This document shows, in pieces, positions 26,303-34,869 of a stretch of 64,000 bases of DNA (position 1 is its first letter; the number at the start of each line of letters is the position of its first letter). Location of the stretch: sequence record OQ420740.1; one strand, written 5' to 3'. The position numbers and the translations under genes are program-made. The notes below the pieces were generated by a model. It was not told where the DNA came from and did no database searches. It worked only from the letters and a program-made list of their open reading frames with translations. This DNA comes from Escherichia phage B9-1.

Positions 26303-26641
26303 ATGGCGGATACAACTAAAAAGCGTCGCCGTAGAGGCAGACCTCTGAAAGAGGAGTCCAACGCCATTCAGCTAGAGAAGAACATTCTTGATATGAAGGA
26401 ATCTTTTATAGCGATGGTTCCAGAAGCTCACAAAGTTTTAAGAGAGCTGATGTTGGACCCGAAAACCAAACAAAATATTCGTCAAAGCATTGCAGAGTAT
26501 GTTCTTGATAAGGCAGACCGAATGCAGGAAGAATATGATGAGATGTTTGGTGAAGAGGAAGAGGTGGTAGTAGAAGAGGCTGAAAAACCAGCACCTTTTA
26601 TGCCATTTACCACAGAAATACAGCCTGTTGGCAATAGTTAA
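26303..26641 (+). CDS. AT-hook-containing small acidic protein
   Basis: 113 aa from the RBS-supported ATG; N-terminal 'KKRRRRGRPLK' (RGRP AT-hook core) and acidic C-terminus. Confidence 0.4.
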   Translation: MADTTKKRRRRGRPLKEESNAIQLEKNILDMKESFIAMVPEAHKVLRELMLDPKTKQNIRQSIAEYVLDKADRMQEEYDEMFGEEEEVVVEEAEKPAPFMPFTTEIQPVGNS

Positions 26642-26650
26642 AATATTTTC

Positions 26651-26679
26651 TTGACAAACTTTGCTTAACAGTGTAATAT
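26651..26679 (+). promoter_or_regulatory. sigma70 promoter for the tRNA cluster (TTGACA-N17-TAATAT)
   Basis: Consensus -35 and near-consensus -10 about 60 bp upstream of the first tRNA. Confidence 0.55.
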
Positions 26680-26737
26680 TGTAAACATGGTCTCCCACCT
26701 TTTCTGGCGGCTCAGGTGTAAAAGAAAGCCACCCAGT

Positions 26738-26812
26738 GCCCTGTTAGCTTAGTGGATAAAGCAGCGGCCTTCTAAGCCGTTGACACTGGTTCGAGTCCAG
26801 TACGGGGTGCCA
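26738..26812 (+). tRNA. tRNA-Arg (anticodon UCU)
   Basis: Hand-folded cloverleaf: acceptor gccctgt/acggggt, D-stem gctt/aagc, anticodon loop CUUCUAA, T-loop TTCGAGT, encoded CCA. Confidence 0.75.
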
Positions 26813-26816
26813 AATT

Positions 26817-26903
26817 GGGGAGTTATCCCGTAGAGGTAGCGGTGTAGACTGTAAATCTATTGTCATTGCGACTCGGGTGGTTCGACTCCACCACTCCCCA
26901 CCA
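26817..26903 (+). tRNA. tRNA-Tyr (anticodon GUA), long variable arm
   Basis: Acceptor ggggagt/actcccc, anticodon loop CUGUAAA, T-arm ggtgg-TTCGACT-ccacc, encoded CCA, 87 nt. Confidence 0.7.
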
Positions 26904-27017
26904 AATTTATATTTTTAAATGCATAAATCATACAGATAATGACATTGATATTTATCGTCGTTTATACTAGTCACTAACTGCTCGAAAATCAGTGTCATTA
27001 TCAGTGTAATTTATAAA

Positions 27018-27108
27018 GGAGGGTAGGGAGCAATGGTGCTCAAGCGGTCTTGAAAACCGTCCCGTTGAGGATGACTCGATGATGGTTCGATTCCATTACT
27101 CTCCGCCA
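27018..27108 (+). tRNA. tRNA-Ser (anticodon UGA), long variable arm
   Basis: Acceptor ggagggt/actctcc, anticodon loop CUUGAAA, T-arm gatgg-TTCGATT-ccatt, encoded CCA, 91 nt. Confidence 0.7.
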
Positions 27109-27206
27109 CATTGTTGACCTTGTAATTAAGCGAAAGCCGGAAGCAGAACCGGATTATCAAATGTTACAGTCGTCATCGCCGACTAGCCACATGGTCAACA
27201 TATTTC

Positions 27207-27305
27207 GCTAGGTAAGCCCTTTGGCAAGGGCGAGGATTTTTAATCCTGAAAATAGACGAGGTAGTCGTTGAATACATAGGTGGTTCGATTCCATCACCTA
27301 GCACC
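27207..27305 (+). tRNA. atypical tRNA-like element (99 nt), identity unresolved
   Basis: Perfect 7-bp acceptor gctaggt/acctagc, D-arm gccc...gggc and T-arm ggtgg-TTCGATT-ccatc, but about 30 extra nt between anticodon region and T-arm; a possible UUU anticodon loop 'tttttaa' is non-canonical. Confidence 0.35.
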
Positions 27306-27309
27306 TTTT

Positions 27310-27385
27310 GCTGATGTAGCACAATTGGCAGTGCAATTGATTTGTAATCAATAGGTTGCAGGTTCAAGTCCTGCCATCAGCACCA
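27310..27385 (+). tRNA. tRNA-Thr (anticodon UGU)
   Basis: Acceptor gctgatg/catcagc, D-stem gcac/gtgc, anticodon loop UUUGUAA, T-loop TTCAAGT, encoded CCA. Confidence 0.75.
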
Positions 27386-27386
27386 T

Positions 27387-27461
27387 GGCCCTGTAGCTGG
27401 AAGGTTCAAGCAAGCGACTCATAATCGCCAGACGGTGGTTCAATTCCACCCAGGGCCACCA
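27387..27461 (+). tRNA. tRNA-Met (anticodon CAU; initiator, elongator or Ile2 type not distinguishable)
   Basis: Acceptor ggccctg/cagggcc, anticodon loop CUCAUAA, T-arm ggtgg-TTCAATT-ccacc, encoded CCA. Confidence 0.7.
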
Positions 27462-27472
27462 AATAATAAATA

Positions 27473-27549
27473 CTCCGCGTAGCTCAGCTTGGTAGAGCGC
27501 CTGATTTGGGATCAGGAGGTCGAGTGTTCGAATCACTCCGTGGAGACCA
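27473..27549 (+). tRNA. tRNA-Pro (anticodon UGG)
   Basis: Acceptor ctccgcg/cgtggag with C1-G72, D-arm gctc-agcttggta-gagc, anticodon loop UUUGGGA, T-loop TTCGAAT, encoded CCA. Confidence 0.75.
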
Positions 27550-27595
27550 CCTTTAGTTATACTTTAAATATATACACACAAAAGGAACCTTTAAA

Positions 27596-27865
27596 ATGTA
27601 TACACTTAAAATTGTAGAACGTGTAAATCCAACCCATACTGTAGATTTTCGTGAAGATTTCAACCCTCTTGCTGTAAATCTTCGAGAGTCGTATCATGAA
27701 CTAAGCTGCGATGCAGTTGTGGTCTTCTTTGAAGACAACTCTGAAGGGGCAGTAGCTTGTGTTGTTGATAGCGAGCAGAAGTTTTATATTTACAGAGATG
27801 TGGATGCTTACTTGATGAATGAGAATGCGGTTACTGTCAGAATCATCCACCGAGTGCCTCGATAA
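27596..27865 (+). CDS. hypothetical protein
   Basis: 89-aa ORF with RBS AAGGAA. Confidence 0.35.
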   Translation: MYTLKIVERVNPTHTVDFREDFNPLAVNLRESYHELSCDAVVVFFEDNSEGAVACVVDSEQKFYIYRDVDAYLMNENAVTVRIIHRVPR

Positions 27866-27971
27866 GTATTAGTCTCCTTTTAGTTAGTTTCGATCTATTT
27901 AGGTTACTCAATTTTAACCCGCCCCGTTAGCTGTATAGCTGCGGGGTTTTTTCGTTTCTGGAGCCTTAAAA

Positions 27972-28370
27972 ATGATTTCAGTTTTAACATTGATGAGTAA
28001 ACACAGAGGGATCATAAAAGGTTTAGTTTTTGCAGCGGCTATAGGCATGGCTTATCTTGGGGCCGTATATTGGTTTAACTCTAAGCTCAATGATGCTTAT
28101 CAAGAAGGTGTGTCAGCAACAGAGTTAAAGTGGGAACGGATCCTTGACCAACAACAAAAGCAGGCCGACAAAATTAAAATGGGCCACGCAGAGGAGGTTA
28201 AAAACCTTGAAAAATCTCTTTCTGATCTACAGGATAAATTAAATATGGCTGAGAAGGCAGGTAAAGAAAAGCAGATTATCTACCTCCAATCTCCTGAAGG
28301 TAAGAAGTCAACACTTCCTGATCAGCTAATAGATATTTATAATGAGAGTATCAATCAGGAGGTTCGATGA
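27972..28370 (+). CDS. i-spanin (Rz-like inner-membrane spanin)
   Basis: 132 aa; single N-terminal TM 'GLVFAAAIGMAYLGAVYWF' then charged coiled-coil-like periplasmic region; stop overlaps the next gene. Confidence 0.5.
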   Translation: MISVLTLMSKHRGIIKGLVFAAAIGMAYLGAVYWFNSKLNDAYQEGVSATELKWERILDQQQKQADKIKMGHAEEVKNLEKSLSDLQDKLNMAEKAGKEKQIIYLQSPEGKKSTLPDQLIDIYNESINQEVR

Positions 28371-28654
28371 GAGTTACTGCACTGGTTGTTTTGTGCTTGT
28401 TATTGTGTGGGTGTGCAACCAGCGTTGAGAGAGAATACAAGATTGACCCTCCGGATGTAGGAAGGTTGATTGTTAAACCTCCCGAGGGTGCTATGAAACC
28501 ACCTGCTAAAGCTATCCCTTTGAAGAAAGGTGCGCCAGATGCGGTGAATTCTGGCATTATGAGGGATAATAACCTGTCTTGTAGTAATGATAGAGCTAAA
28601 TTGATCATTTTGCAAGACTATATAAGAACACTGTTTCCAAAGGAGAGAGGTTAA
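28367..28654 (+). CDS. o-spanin (Rz1-like outer-membrane lipoprotein)
   Basis: 95 aa; signal peptide with lipobox-like 'LLLCGCAT', proline-rich mature region; ATGA overlap with the i-spanin. Confidence 0.55.
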   Translation: MRVTALVVLCLLLCGCATSVEREYKIDPPDVGRLIVKPPEGAMKPPAKAIPLKKGAPDAVNSGIMRDNNLSCSNDRAKLIILQDYIRTLFPKERG

Positions 28655-30201
28655 TGTCTAAGATTTACGGACCGTGTTCTGAAAAGCAGAAGATGATCCT
28701 AGAGAACGATGCAGATATTTTGGTGATCGGAGGTGCAGCTGGGTCTGGCAAGTCGTTCCTCTTGCAGCTAATGCCGCTTAAAATTATTGATGACCCGCAC
28801 AGCTCTGTGGTTATGTTCCGAAGAACAACTCCACAGTTGGAAGGTGAGGGTGGTCTATGGCCTAAAGCAGTAGCTATTTACAGTGATCTGCCTGAAAACA
28901 TTAAACCAAAGTTCAGAGAGAAGGATCATAAGTTTATTTTTCCACGGTTTGATCCGAGCACTGGCAAGTGGGACAGGAGCAAAAAAGGGGCCGTTGTAAA
29001 ATACTGCCACATGGAGTATGTCCAAGATAAGCTTAACCATCAAGGCCTTGAGTACACCATGGTTTGCTTCGATGAAGGCACGCAATTCGACTGGGAGCAG
29101 ATAGACTATTTGATGTCTCGTCTGCGATCTCCGTCAAAGTATCCGTCAAGAATGGTTATCAGTTGTAACCCCGACTCAGAACACATGCTTGCCAAACTGG
29201 TCAGGTGGTGGTTGGACGATGAAGGGTATCCAGATCCGGAGAAATGTGGTAAGAAAAGATATTTTATCCGACGCGACGGTGAATTTATTTGGGGAGACTC
29301 TAAAGAAGAGTTAATAGAGAAATACACCACGGTTAACGGACTGGGTGTGGAGATCAAGCCAAGACCGTTGTCATTCTCGTTTATAGGCGCAACAATTTTC
29401 GATAATCCTGTCTGCTTGAGAGACAACCCAGAATACCTTGCTTTCCTTGAAGGTCTGCCCGAGCTTGAAAAAGCCCAGCTTCTTCATGGCAACTGGTTTG
29501 CCAAACCTGAAGGTGCAAACTATTTCCAAAGATCTTTCCTTCGGGATGCCGATAGAGTACCTCTTGGATCAGTATCTTGCAGGGCATGGGATAAGGCAGG
29601 AACCGAGAGAACTTCCGGTAATAAATTTCCTGACTTTACCGCCAGTGTTAAGGTAAGTAAAGATAGCGACGGCTTTTATTACCTGTCCGGGGATTATTGT
29701 CCTGAGAACGTGGATGACGGTAGGTATTCCACGGGTCTGGAAGGCAAGTTCTGTAAAAAGGCTGGGGAACGAGATGTGATCATCAGGAAACAGGCGCAGT
29801 TTGATGGAGATGATTGCATAATCGTATTTTCTGTGGACCCCGGTCAGGCAGGTAAGAGTGAGTTCTTAACCTCGTCCAGATCCTTGCTCGCCGAAGGGTT
29901 CAGGGTTGAAGAAGATCCAATGCCTTCCAACAAATCTAAGCTGACAAGGTTCTCACCCTTTGCCAATCTTGCCCAACAAGGAATGGTGAGGATTGTAAAA
30001 TCCAGTTTCCATCCTGACACTCTGGAAGCATTTCTAACTGAACTTGAAAAGTTCAACGGGGAAAGATCAACATTTAACAGAAAAGACGACTGGGCCGACT
30101 GTGTAGCTTCTGCGATTAATTTCCTGGAGAAAGAGGAGGTAGCGCTGCCTTGTGTGATTCCATCAATCTCATCACCTTCTATGTTCAAGCGTTTTATCTA
30201 A
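28654..30201 (+). CDS. terL: terminase large subunit
   Basis: 515 aa; Walker A 'VIGGAAGSGKSF' near the N-terminus, size and position before the portal gene. Confidence 0.85.
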   Translation: MSKIYGPCSEKQKMILENDADILVIGGAAGSGKSFLLQLMPLKIIDDPHSSVVMFRRTTPQLEGEGGLWPKAVAIYSDLPENIKPKFREKDHKFIFPRFDPSTGKWDRSKKGAVVKYCHMEYVQDKLNHQGLEYTMVCFDEGTQFDWEQIDYLMSRLRSPSKYPSRMVISCNPDSEHMLAKLVRWWLDDEGYPDPEKCGKKRYFIRRDGEFIWGDSKEELIEKYTTVNGLGVEIKPRPLSFSFIGATIFDNPVCLRDNPEYLAFLEGLPELEKAQLLHGNWFAKPEGANYFQRSFLRDADRVPLGSVSCRAWDKAGTERTSGNKFPDFTASVKVSKDSDGFYYLSGDYCPENVDDGRYSTGLEGKFCKKAGERDVIIRKQAQFDGDDCIIVFSVDPGQAGKSEFLTSSRSLLAEGFRVEEDPMPSNKSKLTRFSPFANLAQQGMVRIVKSSFHPDTLEAFLTELEKFNGERSTFNRKDDWADCVASAINFLEKEEVALPCVIPSISSPSMFKRFI

Positions 30202-30204
30202 GTG

Positions 30205-30233
30205 TTGCCAATCTTAATTAGATGTGGTAGAAT
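30205..30233 (+). promoter_or_regulatory. sigma70-like promoter (TTGCCA-N17-TAGAAT)
   Basis: TG two bases upstream of the -10; upstream of the portal gene. Confidence 0.45.
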
Positions 30234-30303
30234 AGAGTAATCGGAGATACTGGCCCTCTGACACGAGGGCTATTTTGTTATACTGTTTTGAGGGGTAAAG
30301 CTT

Positions 30304-31860
30304 GTGTCCAAAAAGAACCGCAGGAAACACAACGCCACAGCCAAAACTGTGAATAAATCTGGGAACGCAGGCGCACCAACTCATAATGTTCGTATGAGTG
30401 AGATCGGTTCTGGCGCACTTTCCCAAATTATGGCAGAATCACAATCTATGATGGTTGAGGAATTGCGTTGGCCTCAGCTGATTGCCACAGTGGAGACTAT
30501 GAAATGTGATTCCACAGTTGCTACTGCCTTAGATACAAAATATGTTTTCATCACGAAAGCATTCAATGATTTTAAGATCCTTTATAATGTTAAAAGTGAA
30601 GACTCTAAGAAAGCTGCCGAGCTTATAGAGTATTCTTTGCGTAATTTGGCAAATCAACAAACTCTTCGAGATATTGCAAGAAGCGCAGCTACCTTTAACG
30701 AGTATGGTTTTTCACTGTTTGAGAAAGTATACCGCAGAGAGAAAGAAGGTAAATATGCCGGGATGCTTCTTATTGATAAAATTGCATTCCGACCACAGGC
30801 CAGTTTGTCCAGATCAGAGCCGTTTGTCTTTGACAAGAATAGTAGAACACTGACAGGTATTTATCAATCACCTAATGCATTTCTAAACACGCAGAATGCA
30901 CGCTGGGCTGGCCCTCTTGCTGCAATGCCTTCAAAAGGCTTTAATGAGCCTGAAATTTTCATCCCTGCTAAAAAGCTTATGCTCATGACTCTGTCAGGAA
31001 CAGAATCTAACCCTGCAGGTGTGTCACCGATGATAGGTTGCTACAGATCTTTCCGTGAGAAAGTTTTGATTGAAAACCTTGAGGTTGTTGGCTGCTCCAA
31101 AGACCTTGGTGGTGTGCTTGAGCTGAAAATTCCTTCCAATATTTTGAACAAGGCCAGCATTGACCCGAATTCGATGGAAGGGAGAATGGTTGCAGATCTT
31201 ATGTTGGACGCAGCAAACGCCCATAGTGGGGAGCAAAGTTTCTTTATACTTCCGTCTGATAGAGATAAATCTGGTAAAGAGCTTTACTCCATGACCCTGA
31301 AGGGGGTTGATGGTATGGGTAAGCAGTATTCCACTAAAGATTTGATTGATGCCCGTAAGAAGGCGATTCTTGACCGTTTCGGTGCTGGCTTTATTAACCT
31401 CGGTAACGATAACGTCGGATCCTTCTCCCTGTCTGAGTCAAAACAGTCTATCCATGGTCATTTTGTTCAGCGTGATATAGATATTATCACTGAGGCCTTC
31501 AATAAAGATCTTATTCCACAGCTTCTGGCATTGAATGGTATCATCCTTGAAGATGATGATATGCCTAAACTGAAACCTGGCCTGATTGAAGAGGTGGACA
31601 TGGAGAGCTTCTCCAAGTTTGTCCAGAGGATCGGTGCTGTAGGTTACTTGCCAAAAACTCCTGCAGTAATTAATAAGATTCTTGAAGTAGGTGGGTTTGA
31701 TGAAAGATTTGACGAGGACATGGATCAGGAAGAGCTAATGAAGCTCTTGGGTCAGGACATCAGTAGGGCTGGCGATGGAATGGCTGCAGGATCCACTGGC
31801 AACGGCACTTCTAAGATGTCATCAACCAGAGATAATTCCATATCCAACATGGAAAATTAA
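30304..31860 (+). CDS. portal protein (putative)
   Basis: 518 aa directly downstream of terL; call is by size and position. Confidence 0.6.
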   Translation: MSKKNRRKHNATAKTVNKSGNAGAPTHNVRMSEIGSGALSQIMAESQSMMVEELRWPQLIATVETMKCDSTVATALDTKYVFITKAFNDFKILYNVKSEDSKKAAELIEYSLRNLANQQTLRDIARSAATFNEYGFSLFEKVYRREKEGKYAGMLLIDKIAFRPQASLSRSEPFVFDKNSRTLTGIYQSPNAFLNTQNARWAGPLAAMPSKGFNEPEIFIPAKKLMLMTLSGTESNPAGVSPMIGCYRSFREKVLIENLEVVGCSKDLGGVLELKIPSNILNKASIDPNSMEGRMVADLMLDAANAHSGEQSFFILPSDRDKSGKELYSMTLKGVDGMGKQYSTKDLIDARKKAILDRFGAGFINLGNDNVGSFSLSESKQSIHGHFVQRDIDIITEAFNKDLIPQLLALNGIILEDDDMPKLKPGLIEEVDMESFSKFVQRIGAVGYLPKTPAVINKILEVGGFDERFDEDMDQEELMKLLGQDISRAGDGMAAGSTGNGTSKMSSTRDNSISNMEN

Positions 31861-31879
31861 AAATTATCAACACAGGGGG

Positions 31880-31908
31880 TTGCAAAACCTCCTTTGGCGT
31901 GATAAAAT
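31880..31908 (+). promoter_or_regulatory. sigma70-like promoter (TTGCAA-N17-TAAAAT)
   Basis: Shares the 'gcgtgaTAAAAT' extended -10 context with the promoter at 26246. Confidence 0.45.
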
Positions 31909-31927
31909 AATCCACATGGGGAATAAG

Positions 31928-32347
31928 ATGCCACAGGAAGAAATGATTTCCTACGAAATCATCTACGAACCGGACACTAAAGACGCTCACGGTGAGTGGA
32001 TGAGTAAAGACACCATCAAAAAGGCTAAAGATAATTGGGACGCAGCATACGCCGCAGGCCTAGTTTCTGAAAACCTTTTCCACTTGACCTCTACAGATGC
32101 TTTCACTATTGAAAAGACGTGGATTCAAGAAGAGTTTGATGTTGTAGTAATTGGTACTGAGCAGGTCATCAAGGCTGGCTCTTGGGTTGCTAAAGTTAAA
32201 TACAATAATCCTGAATTATGGGAAGCTAAGAAGGCTGGCATTGTTGGTGGCCTAAGCATTCAGGCAACAGGTAATGTTGATGAAGAGACGGGCGAAATTA
32301 CCAATGTAAATTTCGGGATCAGTGTTGTAGAAGAGGGCAATGAATAA
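31928..32347 (+). CDS. head morphogenesis protein (possible prohead protease/accessory)
   Basis: About 139 aa from the RBS-supported ATG 31928 (track ORF starts further upstream inside the portal gene); call is by position only. Confidence 0.3.
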   Translation: MPQEEMISYEIIYEPDTKDAHGEWMSKDTIKKAKDNWDAAYAAGLVSENLFHLTSTDAFTIEKTWIQEEFDVVVIGTEQVIKAGSWVAKVKYNNPELWEAKKAGIVGGLSIQATGNVDEETGEITNVNFGISVVEEGNE

Positions 32348-33324
32348 TGTCTGAAAAAACAATCACTATTAAAGAGAAGGGGATTGCCCTGTGCCATAAG
32401 GCGCAAGGCTATAGCGCTAACAACAGACCTGTATCTCTTTTGATGAAGAGTGATCTTCAGCCTGAGCAGTTAACAGACGATATTGTTAAGGCACTTCGCC
32501 AAGTTACTGTGGAGCTGAGTTTTGAAGAATACCTGCGTCGTTTCTTCGATATGTGGTATGACGATGCCAAAGCACTCGCACACATGCTTGGTTTTGAGAT
32601 TGAAGAGGAGGCTTGGGCTAAAGAGCATCCTGATTGGGAATGGGCGCAAGCTGACGCAGAGTCTTGTATTGCATGGCTGGAAGAGCGTTGTGATAACGTG
32701 ACCATTCATAAAGCTGCAAAAGAAGGCAAGCAGCTTAGTGTGGTAGATCAGTACAGTCTGTTAAAAACACAACAGATTTTTGAACAAGTAACCGCTGATC
32801 TCTTCGATAAAGAAGGGAACCTGATCAAGGCGGTACAGGAACCTGCTGAGGTGGATAAAACTACCGAGGTGGATGATGTTGCAAAATCCGCAAATACCGA
32901 GGAGAATCCGGTGGACGTAACCAAAACTAAAGAGTATCTGGATCTGCTGAAGCAAGTAGAAGAGCTGAAAGCAACCCAGAGTAAAGCTGAAGAAATCATC
33001 AAGGCCCAGATTGAAGTTGAAAAAGCTAAAATGCTGGCTAAGGCTCAAGCTTTAAGCTTTGTTAGTGAAGAAGATCATGCAACACTGGTTGACTTCATGC
33101 TGGAAAAAGCTAACGAACCTATCGTAGCTATGCTAGAGAAAGCTCAAGCCAAAATTAAAGAGCTTGAAGCAGAAGTGCATAAAACTAAAGAAGAGTTTGC
33201 CACCACTGAACATGGTAATGATGGCGAACCTGTTGTGGATGATATTGCAAAATCCGCAGAAGAAGTTCTTGCTGAAAACGTTGCAAAAGCACTTGCTCGT
33301 GCACGTGCAGAATCTGCCAAATAA
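32347..33324 (+). CDS. scaffolding protein (putative)
   Basis: 325 aa, highly charged E/K/A-rich, helical-looking, positioned between portal and capsid genes. Confidence 0.45.
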   Translation: MSEKTITIKEKGIALCHKAQGYSANNRPVSLLMKSDLQPEQLTDDIVKALRQVTVELSFEEYLRRFFDMWYDDAKALAHMLGFEIEEEAWAKEHPDWEWAQADAESCIAWLEERCDNVTIHKAAKEGKQLSVVDQYSLLKTQQIFEQVTADLFDKEGNLIKAVQEPAEVDKTTEVDDVAKSANTEENPVDVTKTKEYLDLLKQVEELKATQSKAEEIIKAQIEVEKAKMLAKAQALSFVSEEDHATLVDFMLEKANEPIVAMLEKAQAKIKELEAEVHKTKEEFATTEHGNDGEPVVDDIAKSAEEVLAENVAKALARARAESAK

Positions 33325-33344
33325 GACATTAACGGGGGAAATAA

Positions 33345-33734
33345 ATGATTACCACTCAATATTCTGATATCGTGCTCGGCAAAGTTGATTCTAGCGATGC
33401 TGGCTACAATTTTAAAGAGATGGAAATTACACTGACAGAGCATCACCACGCTGGCACGGTTGTGACCAAAGATGGTAGCATTGCCAATCAGGACGGTTCA
33501 GACGCTTACGGCGTTCTGGTGGATCGTGCTTTAATTCCAGACTCCTCTGGTAAAGTGCATATCGCTGAACCTCTTGGCACAAAGAAATATAAACTGGTTG
33601 TTGCTGTGCGTGGTGTTACTTTTGCCAAGGATAAATTGCTGGCAACTGGTGGCGCTAAAGCAGCACAGGCTGTGTTAGACAAGCTTGAGGCTCTGGGTAA
33701 CAAGGTTCAAGTCCAGACCCTTGGTGATGAGTAA
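33345..33734 (+). CDS. head decoration/auxiliary capsid protein (putative)
   Basis: 129-aa ORF immediately upstream of the major capsid gene, the position lambda gpD occupies. Confidence 0.35.
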   Translation: MITTQYSDIVLGKVDSSDAGYNFKEMEITLTEHHHAGTVVTKDGSIANQDGSDAYGVLVDRALIPDSSGKVHIAEPLGTKKYKLVVAVRGVTFAKDKLLATGGAKAAQAVLDKLEALGNKVQVQTLGDE

Positions 33735-33781
33735 GCCCTAAATTGTTCGGGAAATATTTAAGTTTTACTTTGGAGAAATAA

Positions 33782-34789
33782 ATGATTACTCGTAAAGATG
33801 AATTTGGCATTGTTGATTTAGGTGCTACTCTGGAACTTGTTCCGCGCCAATTCCGACTGATTACTGGTATGGATCTGTTCGAAACCCGTCTCGGCACCTC
33901 AACGATTGCTCAGATCGAGCGTGTTGATGAAGTTGTAACCGACATTCCGGCACGCCGTCGTGGTGGTGAGCGTAACTACGTCGGTAGTGAACGTGCCCAG
34001 GTTAAAAACCTGAACATCCCGTTCTTCCCTCTGGACAAAGGCATCACTGCCGCAGATGTTCAGAACTTCCGTCGTTACTTCACCCCTGATGCTCCGAAAA
34101 CTGTTCAGGACGTAGTAACCCGCGTTGTTCGCCGTATCCGTGTTTCTCATGAAGCACTGCGTGAGAAAGCACTGTTCCAGGCTATTCTGGGTAAATCCTA
34201 TGCACCTGGTGACACCACCTGTCAGTATGACTACTACACTCTGTGGGGTGTTGAACAGAAATCTGTTGAGATTGACCCTGCAAAAGCAGATCAGGATCCT
34301 ATGGAGGTTCTGGAAGAGGCTCGTCTGCACATCGCGCTGCAAGCTGGTGATAACGCAGCTGGCTATCGCATTGTAGCTCTGTGCTCACCGGAGTTCTTCA
34401 GTGCTATTACCCATCACCCACTGGTAGAACTGGCATACACCTATTACGGCTCTGCTCAGGAACCTCTGCGTCGCCGTCTGGGTGCTGGCGGTCAAGACAG
34501 CGTATACCGCGTGTTTGAACATAAAGGTATCACCTTTATCGAAGATATCTCTGGCAATATTCCTAAGAAAGAAGCTCGCATCCTGCCGATGGGTATTGAT
34601 CAGATGTTCCAGCTGCACTTTGCTCCGGCAGATGATGTTAACGAAGCAAACACCCCTGCACAGGAACTGTACATGTGGTATAAACACTCTGCATACCTGC
34701 GTGAAGAGAAGATTGAATCTGAAACTTCAATGCTGGCAGTTAACACCCGCCCAGAGCTGGTTGTTAAAGCAACTCTGAAAGGTGACTAA
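33782..34789 (+). CDS. major capsid protein (lambda gpE-like)
   Basis: 335 aa (lambda E is 341), strong RBS, followed by a strong intrinsic terminator; call by size/position and loose similarity only. Confidence 0.6.
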   Translation: MITRKDEFGIVDLGATLELVPRQFRLITGMDLFETRLGTSTIAQIERVDEVVTDIPARRRGGERNYVGSERAQVKNLNIPFFPLDKGITAADVQNFRRYFTPDAPKTVQDVVTRVVRRIRVSHEALREKALFQAILGKSYAPGDTTCQYDYYTLWGVEQKSVEIDPAKADQDPMEVLEEARLHIALQAGDNAAGYRIVALCSPEFFSAITHHPLVELAYTYYGSAQEPLRRRLGAGGQDSVYRVFEHKGITFIEDISGNIPKKEARILPMGIDQMFQLHFAPADDVNEANTPAQELYMWYKHSAYLREEKIESETSMLAVNTRPELVVKATLKGD

Positions 34790-34813
34790 TCACTAAGGTG
34801 ATTCATCCCATAT

Positions 34814-34845
34814 GGGGAGGGGGTTCTCCCCTCCCCTTTTTATTT
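34814..34845 (+). terminator. rho-independent terminator after the capsid gene
   Basis: Hairpin ggggaggggg-ttct-cccctcccc followed by 'tttttattt'. Confidence 0.8.
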
Positions 34846-34869
34846 ATTAGGGTTTAACAGGAGTGTCCC

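Noticed and set aside
25894-26367. Four overlapping minus-strand ORFs (25894-26082, 25935-26252, 26057-26278, 26083-26367)
   Set aside because: Mutually overlapping in different frames, Pro/Gly/Arg-rich low-complexity translations, no RBS; they read as a composition artefact of a GC-rich non-coding segment.
26933-27003. Inverted repeat gataatgacattga / tcagtgtcattatc in the spacer between tRNA-Tyr and tRNA-Ser
   Set aside because: Imperfect, AT-rich and about 45 bp apart; cannot be distinguished from chance or a simple processing hairpin, so not reported as a feature.
27173-27536. Minus-strand ORFs 27173-27367 and 27348-27536 from the ORF track
   Set aside because: They lie entirely over the hand-folded tRNA genes on the opposite strand and have no RBS; treated as spurious.
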